A stretch of 59,117 bases of DNA, counting the filler, from Catajapyx aquilonaris (lineage: Eukaryota), in NCBI GenBank assembly GCA_000934665.2. It is 3 parts of 3 records of this genome, joined end to end, with 100 filler letters (N's around TTAATTAATTAA, not from the genome) between each part and the next. Parts side by side here need not be neighbours in the genome. Positions count along the whole stretch, not along the records: positions 19,725 to 39,373 come from JYFJ02006413.1; positions 39,474 to 59,117 come from JYFJ02006414.1; 1 more part is not named here. One strand, written 5' to 3'. The notes below the pieces were generated by a model. It had not been told where the DNA came from. It saw nothing but the letters and a program-made list of their open reading frames with translations, and did no database searches. Positions 34,381 through 45,228 of this stretch are shown one piece after another. A program made the translations under genes and the position numbers. Position 1 is the first letter of the stretch. The number at the start of each line of letters is the position of its first letter.

Positions 34381-37186
34381 ATGGAGACCAGGAGGATTAG
34401 GAGGCTGAGGATGGCGAGGGAAACTGAAGAGAATGGTTGGAACACGGTGGAGACGAGGGCCATGAAGAGGAAGAGGGTGGACATGGGCAGGGGGATGGAG
34501 GAGAAGCCCCAGAGAAAGGTGGAAAATAAAGTGTCAGTGCAATCTGTATGGGTTTGGAGTGACCGCACCAGTGCTGCTCAACTTCTGGCCCTTCCAGGCA
34601 CGGTACATCGCATTGCGTGATGATTTCAATTACTCGTGAGCGTAATGTGCTTATGGTCGTTACACTCAACTCAGCAATTGCAGTATTTACCTTGGTGTGT
34701 TTCCAGGAAATTTAAAGAAACCTGTAATTTTTGTGCGGGACTAAAGTGCACCTGCACCTGTAGTGCAGATGCTGTTATGAGAATACTGTTGCATTTTTTG
34801 CACTAAGCTGCCTATTTTTGCATGGTTCGTGTGAAGATCTCATCTCACCAAAAATGCACTCGTAAAAAACGCGCCAAGTCCTCTGGCGAAAAAAGGTGTG
34901 AGATCATGGGAGGACGCCAAGGCTTTGGTTACTTTGCTTACTTTGTCTGGCCTTGAAAGTTGTCTGATGAGGCATGGATGGAAAGGCTTTCTTCTAGAAC
35001 CTTACACTAAATTAAGTGACTTGGCCACGGGGCACGAAGAACAAGAGGTGGTTTGAAGGTAGCCTTTTTCTATGACTCACTTATGGTGGTGATGTCCAAT
35101 ATTCTTGTAATGATCAGTTTACCTTCGATTTGCAGGTGTAAGGGTAGGTTACACTGGCTCAGGGGACGTTATCTCTGACCGGTAAGTTGTTGAAAATAGG
35201 GAAATAGGGAACTGTTTGTTTGTTTCTGTGGTTTTGAAGGACTTAACCGGCCAGGAAAAACTTTTGAGAGAGCAAGAAGTCTTATGCTTGCTCTCTCGAA
35301 AGGCTGTGGGGAAAACTTCTTCCAAGCTGGTGCAGGAGTGAGTATAGTGGCCAAGTTACTTAATTTACTGTATGGTCTAGATACTCAAGAGTCTAGAAGA
35401 AAGCCTTTCCGTCCATGCCTGATCCAACAACTTTTAAGGCCAGACAAAGTAAGCAAAGTGACCAAACCAGTCCCTTAAGTGCTGAAGAAAGCCTTGGCAT
35501 CCTCCCCTGATCTCACACCATTTTTCGCCAGAGGAATATACAGACTTGGCTCGTTTTTGGTGAGATCTCAACACTTTTTGTGCAGCTGAAATGATTCACA
35601 TGAAGAAACCTCACAATTCCATTCCACTCGCATCCCACGTAATATAATTGACCTGTGGCTATTTTCCCTCGATCTACCGTGTTAACTTTTACATGACTAC
35701 ATGATTATATTATGTGCTTCTTACAGTTGCGATCCTCTGATTTTGTTTCAGATTGCTGGTGGGTTGGGTGTCTCGGAGGGACAGGGGAAGACACAGGGAA
35801 AGTCAGTGACTGAGGCCAAGATTCGTGGCAAGAAGGAGACTCGTGTGGCGAAGGGAGGCAGCAGCCAGCAACATTGTCAAGTAGAAGCAGCGGTGAGTGG
35901 CAAGGCTAATTACCTTGGTAACTGGGAGGCTTGCAAATGCTAGTACTTGACATGATATTTGTTTACATATCCGGTACTTGTTTACATATCTAACCAATTT
36001 CCGCAATTGTAGGCCAGCGCCAAGACCTTTTCCAGCCTGCCTGATGAGATGAAGGCAAAGGTGTTCTTGTACCTGGATATGACATCCCTCCTTACAGTTG
36101 CACTGGTGTGCAAGGATTGGTTCAATGTGGCCAAGGATTGGCTGGGTCTAAGGAAGGGAATAGTTTTGAGCCAGCGGCGATGGACTCTGGAGGACTCGGT
36201 GCGTGTGATCATGAACTATAGGGCCCATCTGACATCAGTAACTCTTCTGAACTGGAATAGAGTGAATGATGATTGTCTACTGCAAGTAGTAGCCGAGAGA
36301 CTTCCTCACCTGAAGCATCTCAGTGTTTTTAATACGTCAGTGCCACAGAATATGTTGGAACTGATTGCACAAAAGTGAGTAATGTAGGGTCGATATGGTG
36401 CATTAATTGTCATTCTGTTCATTACTTTCATTTTTACAACACAGGTGCAGTGAACTACAGGAAGTCAACCTAAGAAAGTTCAACAGGTATGTGTATTACT
36501 GGAGGCATCCCCTGGACATTTTGAGTTCCTGCCAAGAGCTAGAAAAGATAACCATAGGTGGTCGATGTTTCCCTCCGCCATCAAACAAGGCCACCAGGCA
36601 AGACTGGCCGAAACTCACCGACGTGTCGCTTCTCATGGACATTGCTGACTGGGAAGTGGAAGTGTTTGCCCATTCTCTGGGGGCCCAGCTGAGGAAACTG
36701 ACGGTTGAATTCTTCAGTAATCCGGAGTCCTTCCTTCTCCTCGCACACTTCCCTCAGCTGGAGGAGCTGGACATCCAATCCTGTGACAACTTAACTGATG
36801 CTGGCCTGGAAGACGGGATTGGGAAACTGCACAACCTGCGTAGCTTGACCTTGGCAAATGCCCCCTCCTGCACTGCACAGGCTTTCCAAAGGTTTTTCTC
36901 CAACCTGAACATTGTGGGTAGCCTGGAGAAGCTCAGCCTTTGTCGTTGCTCAAAGCTGAACAAGCGTTGCATATCAGCCATTGCCGTGAACTGCCCTCTC
37001 CTGACCGATTTCTGCTTGGTGAGAGCTAACGAGGTCACCAATGCCCCTCTCCTTGACCTGGTGAGGAGGTGCTGCAATCTCCAGTACCTCCGACTCAGCT
37101 GTTGCAGCAAGCTGGGCCTGAGCGTAGTGGCCCTGGATGAGTTCCAGGCAGCGAGCAGCAAGCTTGAAATTTATGCATCTCCCTGA
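34381..37186 (+). CDS. F-box/LRR-repeat protein (FBXL-like), copy 4, about 460 aa
   Basis: Exons 34381-34518 (MKRKR motif; weak donor), 35752-35892, 36013-36374, 36445-37186, all in frame. F-box SLPDEMKAKVFLYLD..VALVCKDW; LRRs. Confidence 0.88.
34844..35564. mobile_element. Long-TIR non-autonomous element in intron 1 of copy 4 (left part also in copy 2 at about 27214-27740)
   Basis: CTCACCAAAAA...TTTTTGGTGAG termini; inverted arms such as CCTCTGGCGAAAAA(A)GGTGTGAGATCA / TGATCTCACACCATTTTTCGCCAGAGG. Confidence 0.7.
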
Positions 37187-37314
37187 TCTCCACCTGATTG
37201 ACGGATCACTCACAGTTACAACGTCTCATCCTAAGAGTTTCATGTTGAAAGAAAAAAGTACAGCCCTTATGGTGGATGTAATGAGTTTGAAGTGAAACTC
37301 ATTATCTGTATTAA

Positions 37315-38158
37315 GGGGAATTCTTACCCATTTGCTGCGCTGCGTCTTGGCCTAGAGATGGCGTTACTGCTTGCATTACTTTATATGGACAGCTGATTTT
37401 CATATTTTCGTCTTTGCAAATTCACCAAAAATAACGCAAATTATGCCATTAGATGGCCGGGAACAAGGACTCAATGGGAATATCTCATGAGCGACCTAAA
37501 GGACATGGAAGTAGCAATAAAATTCCATTGACAAAATCGTGTTGCGTGGTGTAATTACAGTACAAGTGGTGATCAATCTCCATATTCTGCATTAGGTTAC
37601 ATTACATAGTAAAAGTGATTGGTCGTGATCAGAAGTCACTTTAAATTAATTTTAAAAACCTGCAGCACTTCTACAACTGTGACTCCAGGGAAAAGATGGG
37701 GATGCAAGGAATATTGTAATGACAGTGACATCCAGAATTGACGAGTAGTTTTCCCATTTTTGCACATGCTATTATTAGAGCGTAGCAGAAAATATATGTT
37801 ATGCGATAACATTCATCAGGACTGACTTGTGAGGAGAGGAAGAGGGGAAGGATGGCTCCCAGATGTATGGGACCCCAGTGAGGAGGGTTGGGATGGGGTC
37901 TGACCTCCCTCTGAGCGTTCGGTTTATCTCATTCCCACTCCACTTGGGACGTGTGTAACGCGAATAATTTCCTCCAATTAATTGCACACATATACTAAAG
38001 CATATGGCCAAAAAAGACGATGGTTGTCCCCATTGAGTCCTTGTTCCCGGCTATCTAACGGCATAATTTCTGTTATTTTTGGTGCCTTTGCAACGGACAA
38101 AACATGAAAATCTGCTGTACATATAAAGGGATGCAAGCAGTAGCTGTAAGAATTCTCG
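37315..38158. mobile_element. TTAA-specific long-TIR element (Kolobok-like) downstream of copy 4
   Basis: TTAA|GGGGAATTCTTAC ... GTAAGAATTCTCG|TTAA with extended inverted arms; the site is empty in copies 1-3. Confidence 0.78.
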
Positions 38159-39373
38159 TTAATTTGAAATGTAAGGATGGTTGAGTTTTTACGAGATAAT
38201 CTTCAGGTTAAAAGTCGTCACTAATCCACTTTTTGAAACAATCAGTATTCATGGCCAGTATTAATTTCTCATGTTGTACTTTCCCAACCTACTGTTTGTC
38301 ACATTGTTCAACTTGTGATTGCAATACTTTGCAGGATTGCAGTGCCTTATTTAATTGACAGTCACTGCCATACTGCGTGGTGTCTGAATCCACATGCTGA
38401 ATGACCAGCGATAGTTTGTACACGGAATGCGCATTTGGCTGTATTGAAAATGTACGCCTGGGATTGTAATTAAAGCAATGTGCGGTAAGGATTGAAAATG
38501 ATTAATATGCGGCCAGTTCCCTTTCATATATGTATTATTTAATTTATTTATTTCACAGCCTCTTGCTAGGACAGGGTCCTTTTAGGGGGGTACAAGACTC
38601 CAGTTTGTACATGAATAAATACACTAGCATGACCAGCGCTAACGTGATCAAGATTGCCAATAATAATAATAATAATAAGGAATCCTCGGCAATCATTATA
38701 AAGACAAAAGAAACCTAGATAAATACAAAGGGATTTACATGGGAGGAGAGAGGGATAGTTCCCCCCCCCCCCCCTCCCTTATNCCTCCCTTATTTATTTA
38801 AGTCATTTTGGGAACTGTCGCAAAAAAAATTACAAAGTAAAAAAGCTTCTTCAGATGGTAACTAATAAATTGAACAGACGTTGAATTCGATCCGGATTAG
38901 GCCTATTGAATAAAAAGGGTTTTCGAGGTGTCACTCGGAGTTGCCAGGTCATATCCTAGAAATTCCCTGCTATGCACATGAACAATCAAATGCGAGCTTA
39001 ATCAGGGCAAATGATCGTGGTGCAGATCAAAATGGATCGTGACATGCTTATGGCGTGAAAAGGAATTTTAATTAAACTGATGGCCGATGTACCTAGTTTG
39101 TTGTTACGCAAAGCTCATTGCCTTTTACGGACTGGGAATGTATAAGAACGGTCGAGTTGTTACGAGCCAAAGAACGTTAGGGTCAAAAGTTCACTAATCT
39201 CAATTTTGGAACGAATCACTTTTAATCGCCAGTATTAATATTTCATATGTTGTGGTTGCGCAGTACGCTGAGTGGAATTGTTGTGCTTTACCGATTGCCA
39301 AATGTTGCAATAAGTATCTGAATCCACATGTTGAAGTACCAGCGAGGGTTTTTTTTATGCCGAATGTACTGTA

Positions 39374-39473
39374 NNNNNNNNNNNNNNNNNNNNNNNNNNN
39401 NNNNNNNNNNNNNNNNNTTAATTAATTAANNNNNNNNNNNNNNNNNNNNNNNNNNNNNNNNNNNNNNNNNNNN
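39374..39473. other. Assembly gap spacer
   Basis: 44 N + TTAATTAATTAA + 44 N. Confidence 0.97.
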
Positions 39474-41188
39474 TATCAGCTGAAAACTTTCATCTTTGGC
39501 CGCTAGATGGACTCAGACGTCCGTCCGTCCAGTCACGTTGTCCGTCCGAGGTTGTCCTCGGGGGCCCCGCTTTTCTCCCCCTTCTTCCCTTTCGATTCAT
39601 GCGGCCACTACATGTGATGTGAATTCGGACGCGCCACCCACCCTCTGCAGGATTTTCTCATTTTTCCTGTGCTGGTTTTTAATTATTTCTTTTTTATGGG
39701 ATCCGTCCATCTCTGCCTCCCCCCACGTGTCTCGTTGACCATAAGAAGAGTGGAAGAAAAGGTGGATGTATGTTTCAAGAACTAGGGTATTTTAACAGCA
39801 TGGTAATAAGGACAAACTCCACTAGTTTTACTTGAAAGTTGCACGCCAAATGTGTAACAATAGGCCTTTTTGTTTATCGGTCGGTGTAGCACTAGTGTAA
39901 TACCAGTATGAGCACTGCATTAGTTTATTCTGGTGGAAGCTCTTGTGCACACTCTGGTTGGGGAGAGTAAGGTTGGGCATACACTACCTCTTACCGCTTA
40001 CGCCACATCAGCCGATAAACGAATAGGCTTAATAAGTGTGGCCAAACCTTGTTAAATAAAAAGGGCCAGAATTATTTGAAACTTTGCATACTCCTACTTC
40101 TTACTCCTAACTCCTATTCAAAAGACCACCATAGAAACTGACTAGTCCCTAGCGAAACTTCGGGTTGGAAGGACCGAACTCAGGGAAACTTGCTAGATTC
40201 CCAGGTGTGGTCGAATGTAGCAGCTGTTATATAATTAGGCACCTGAATCAGGGCACAAAAAGATGCACAACAATAACAACTCGGGGCGAAATTTGCGATA
40301 ACTCAAAGGACCTGAATACTTGAACACCTCGGGAGAAAAACGATCAAGGTTCATCTGATGTGAACTGACAAAGAGATATTGCAATTTCAAACTTTGATGA
40401 CCCACCGCAATTCTTGTGTAGGCCTACATCCCAACGTTGGTTTGAAAGTCATTATTAATGGTACATACCATGGGGTACATGCAACAATTACAACTAATAC
40501 TGTTGTCAGCATCGGTCTTTATTTATCAACATCAGTACCACACGTGGCAAAGGGCAGATCCACATAGAAATGTCGTTAACCCTGGGGTATCAATTGCATG
40601 AGGCTCTGAAAATCATTGTATTTCACTTGCGAAATTTGAATACATCTCACAAGGCTGACCTGAAGGTGCTACATGCCACTTCACAACAATCGACTATCCC
40701 CATGGCCCATCAAAAGTGTTCCTGTGAAAGATGAGCTTGGGTTCTCTTTCAATGATCTTCCACTCTCTGCTTTTCTGAATAGGAAATGGGCATTTGGAGA
40801 CAGTTTTTGTATATAGTGTAGGTCTTAAACATATCCTGCTCACATTGAATTATGCAAACAGATGTGTATCTGCAAAAATCTTAGCCCAGTCGGAAAAAAC
40901 AACAGTTTCAGAATGTTGGGTGGTTTATGAAGCCAAAATCTTTGTCACACTCCATGTAACTGGGACCTCTAATGGGAAATGTCACTTGGAGTGTTAGAAG
41001 CCTATGCACGGCTACTGTAGCGTGATACATGAGGCCTCTGATGATTGTGTAGTTTTTATTTTGCCGTTAATTTGCAAAAACAGCTGACTGTCGCGGAGTG
41101 CAAAGGTGGGCATTGATCATTTTGCTAGTAAAACTATCCCATGGAATACGTAACTCATTTTTGACAAGAAGTGGACCTTGATCGCCCT

Positions 41189-41191
<3 letters not shown>

Positions 41192-41232
<41 letters not shown>
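41192..41232. repeat. (CT)n microsatellite
   Basis: CT dinucleotide run followed by a poly-C tract. Confidence 0.9.
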
Positions 41233-41235
<3 letters not shown>

Positions 41236-41928
41236 CCCCCTCCCTCCCCCCCCCCCAGGTCTAGACTTGGAACACACTGTACAGTACATGCAAGAGTTAG
41301 TCATACATATAAAGTAATGTACACTTTGATGTTTAATCTAACAATCACAAATGGGCCCTGACATTTCCTTATCAGATAAATTTTGTGGGCCCCCTTTGTT
41401 CCTTCACGTGCAAGAAGTTGTTGCAATTTTTTTAAAGGACATGTAAGAACAAGTTTTTTGTAGCAGAAATAAGTGAAGGTGATTATTTCTCCTTCTCATG
41501 CTACAAGTTTTGTTTACAGACTGGAATTGTTGGGTTTCCAAGAAGTTACTTGATTGTCATTCACCCACCTTTTATTAATGCAGGTAAAAAGTAATGACAC
41601 TATCACTAGATGGGCAAAGCCAAGCCCCAAACACATGTACTGATTAGATCATCAGTTTTAAAACAGCATGTCAAGATTAGTTTCATCCATTTTTCAAATA
41701 TAGTTAGTGAAAAATGTTTTCATTTCTTGACTCATGTACTCAACACTGTTGTGCTAACAAAGGATTCTCTTGCTGGGGCATCACTTCAACTGGATGTAGT
41801 GGAATCTTTTTTTTTTAAACTAAAACATTTCTGTAAGACCAAGAAGCCTAGAATGTTATGTAAGACCAATGAGACTAAAAAGGCACGTATTGACAACTTT
41901 TCTTTTGTGTTCTTTTGTGTTCACAGAT

Positions 41929-44240
41929 ATGGATACTGATCCTTTGAGCACCATCCTGGTAAAAAATGGAAGCAAAGGTGACCGTCTTCTTTTCCGCTAC
42001 CCATTTTCTTCAGACTTGGCTGCAGGTGCTGCAGACCGTGTTGTGGTATCACGCCCAAGTACTGTCTCTGAGCCAGCCCCACAACCATCATCCCTGGGTT
42101 CTTCCCGGACAACCTCTCGTCGTCTACGTGGCAACCCATATGCCTTAGTTGGAGTTGAAGACCTCCTTCAAACACCACCTCCAGTCTCTTCAAATATATC
42201 CTCAGGACGACTCACTGGATTTTCCGATCAAGACTTGTCAACTCTTCTGGCTGTTAACCCTTGCCTGTGTGATTCAAAGTTTGAGTTGAAGGTGAATGAC
42301 GTACGATTTGTGGGACATCCTACCTTGATACAACAGGGTGGAAACAATCGTGGTGGTGACTTGACGTCATTTGTGGTTGCCTTTGCTCTGAAAGCAACTG
42401 CTTCACATTCAATCGTTCGATGTTACCATCAATTAAGCCAACAGTTGGGAATTGCATTGAGGCATGAAGAGCACAGATGTGGTTATTTAACAAAGCAAGC
42501 CAAGGCAATGATATCAGCACATGATGAAGTTGTCACCCGACCTGAAGATGATTCTGGAACTGACTCCCCATTTAGCGTGGTCTTACAACGAAGTGAGTTG
42601 GCTCGTGATCTGCAGTCAGTTCATGACAACCTCTGCGCATCTGGACTTGTTCACTTACGAATCAACCGTTGGGTGCTGGTCAGCTTTTGCCTGCCTCAAA
42701 AGTTACACACCGCTCAGGCTCGATTGGAAAGACCTGTTGAGCCACATAATGTACGCGCATGTCTGCAGGCATTACGTCCGTATCATGGCTTGCTTTTACT
42801 AGAAGAAGAATCATGTTTTTTAAGGTCACTTCCTCCAGATACATCCCCATCATTGGTGCGCCTAGTGAGGGCATACTCTCCCTTGAAGAGCCTCCAAACT
42901 CTGGCTGATGATGCTGGATTAACCACACCACATGTGTTCCAACTGGCAGGCCACCTCATTTACTGGGCGAGGGCAACTGTCATATATCCCTTGTGTGAGA
43001 GCAATGTGTATGCACTGTCTCCACAGGCACCAACTCATCTTCATGATCCATTGGTTGAAAGCTTCTCGGAAAGGTTTCCTGGGTCTCACCTTTTGCAGGT
43101 AATGTTTTATTTTTTCAGGAAATATGAAGCATTTTGAAAGTAAATTCACTCTTGTTGACTTCCTCAAGATTTTTCTGTAGTTTATGGACATCTGAGAATG
43201 CACTTCTAGAACTTCCCATTTTTGGCAAGAAGCTCTGCCTTTATCCCATCCTCTCCCCACTTTGAAACAATGAAAGGCTCTTGATCAAGGAGTGACACTG
43301 TTTACTCCTTTCGTTGCATAAGTGCATCTCTGGGCAACAGCCGAGCCCCTTCCCTTGCACTCTCCAAGGGGGTGTCACGTGAAACTAAGCAAAAGCAAGT
43401 GTTTCTAAAATGGCATTCTCAGATGTCCATCAACTATACTGCAACTTTTAAGTGGAAGTTTAAGAGGAAGTTATACTTTGAGAACCAGTGACAATACAGC
43501 CTAGTTTGTCTCTCTTCATGACCTGTTATCATTGAAGCCTCTTTCAGACTACTGCTGCAAAGAAGCAGTAGAGGCTGTGTACAACTCATCTTTCTTTAGT
43601 TGTTATTCTTATTATTGCAATTGTACATGTTAATCATGGTCATTTATTGCTTTATTACATGTATGTTTTATTATTACAGGTGCTGTCAGAATTCTCCTTG
43701 CCAACTCCATTGAGCCTTCGCAGTTCAGGCATCCCACCACCTCCAGCATCCCACTCAGCAGCCTCTGAACTGGTGCAGATCATAGTATGGCTCCTCCGGC
43801 ACCGTCTTCTCATTCAACTCCATACCTATATTTGGCTGTCGCCAACCCCTTCAGGCCCCATACGTGTGCCTGACCGCCCTCGCCCCCCTTCAGACCCACC
43901 AACAGAGGCTCCCACATCCTCTCCGCCACCTCCTCCTCCCCCTCCACCCACACCTGGTGGAGAAATGTCCAACTCCAGTGATGAAGAATGCCTGGCTTTA
44001 CTAACCGAAGAGGAAAGGGATGCTATCCTGAGAGTTCCAGCTGCTTCCAATCCAGATGACCTGAGGCTCTTTGTGCGACTGTTTCGTTACTTTGATGGTG
44101 AACATCATCTGGAGGAGATCATGTACTATGAGAATGTGAGGAGGTCCCAACTGTTGCAGCTGCTAGATAAGTTTCGAGATGTTCTCCTCACCTTTGAGAG
44201 TGAGGACATGGCTGTAGCAAAGTTTTACTCTCAGCTCTAA
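41929..44240 (+). CDS. NPRL3: GATOR1 complex subunit NPRL3 (nitrogen permease regulator 3-like), about 576 aa
   Basis: Exons 41929-43098 and 43680-44240 (phase 0, CAG|GTAATG ... TTACAG|GTG). Family motifs: SKGDRLLFRYP, KFELKVNDVRFVGHP, ALRHEEHRCGYL, LRPYHGLLL, HLIYWARATVIYPLCESNVY, LLIQLHTY, YFDGEHHLEEIMYYENVRRSQLLQLLDKFRDVL. An acceptor at 41926 implies an upstream UTR exon. Confidence 0.95.
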
Positions 44241-44571
44241 CTTGTGCTCTGGAGGGCACCAGTGGTGATCGTGATTAGATGGACATGGACCAGGTCAGCT
44301 GTTTGTAATATTTTTTGACTGCTTATTGCTGTTGATATGATCACTTTGCTAGTGGTCAGTTTTGGAGTGCAAAAGTATGTTGAAGAGGCTGTCAAGGACC
44401 TTGGCTTCTTTGTTCACTGCAAAATGAAAGCCGTTTTAGTGTCACAAGTGTGACTTTTAATTTTTCTCTAGCCAGAACATGTTATTTTTAAAGTAGCTAC
44501 TGCTATTTTTGTCTTGATCGAAGTAATTATCCCCTTATATGGTGCTTAAAATAACTTTTGTGGAGATCACA

Positions 44572-44829
44572 TCGCATCCCGGCAATAACAGGGGCACAAG
44601 TCCAAAAATGACGATTTTGACTTATTACTAGAGCAGGGTCCATGACCGTGTGCACATTCAGAATGCATATTCTGATTTTAAAAAATTAAAAATTAAAAAT
44701 TCTAATTATTCGAATGCTGCATCAATACCTGATTTATGATAACACTATACCAACAATATACAACTTTCAAAGTGCTCTCCTGTGAAATTGACTTTTTGGA
44801 CTTGTGCCCCTGTTATTGCCGGGGTGCGA
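44572..44829. mobile_element. TIR MITE
   Basis: TCGCATCCCGGCAATAACAGGGGCACAAGTCCAAAAA / TTTTTGGACTTGTGCCCCTGTTATTGCCGGGGTGCGA. Confidence 0.8.
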
Positions 44830-44868
44830 CATGCAGGTATATTCTGTAACTTTGCAGATGCTATTGAC

Positions 44869-45228
44869 CACGGACTAGGAATAATAAGGCCTGGACAGTC
44901 CCCCTCTTATCACGTTGGGAGGCTAATGGGGAGGTAGCGCAGTACGGAACCACAGGCGGCGCTGAGCAGGGCCCAGACCGAAGAGAAGCACATTGCGTCG
45001 ATGCCATTGACGACTAGTTCGAAGAGCACGCGCTCAGGTCCCAGCAGCTCATTTGTTTAAATAAGAACATGCAGATAGGTGCTTCGATCGATGGCATCGA
45101 TGCAAAGTGCTTCTCTTCAGTTTGGGCCCTGCTCAGCGCTGCCTGTGGTTCCGTACTGCATTACCTCCCCGTTAGCCTCCCAAAGCGATAAGAGGGAGAG
45201 TGGCCAGTCCTCAGTATTCTAGTCTGTG
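44869..45228. mobile_element. P-like foldback MITE
   Basis: CAC(G/A)GACTAG termini, long inverted arms, 8-bp TSD C(T/A)ATTGAC (44861-68, 45229-36). Confidence 0.8.

Noticed and set aside
20326..37186. Assigning a specific FBXL gene symbol to the array
   Set aside because: No diagnostic similarity to a named ortholog recognised; it appears lineage-specific.
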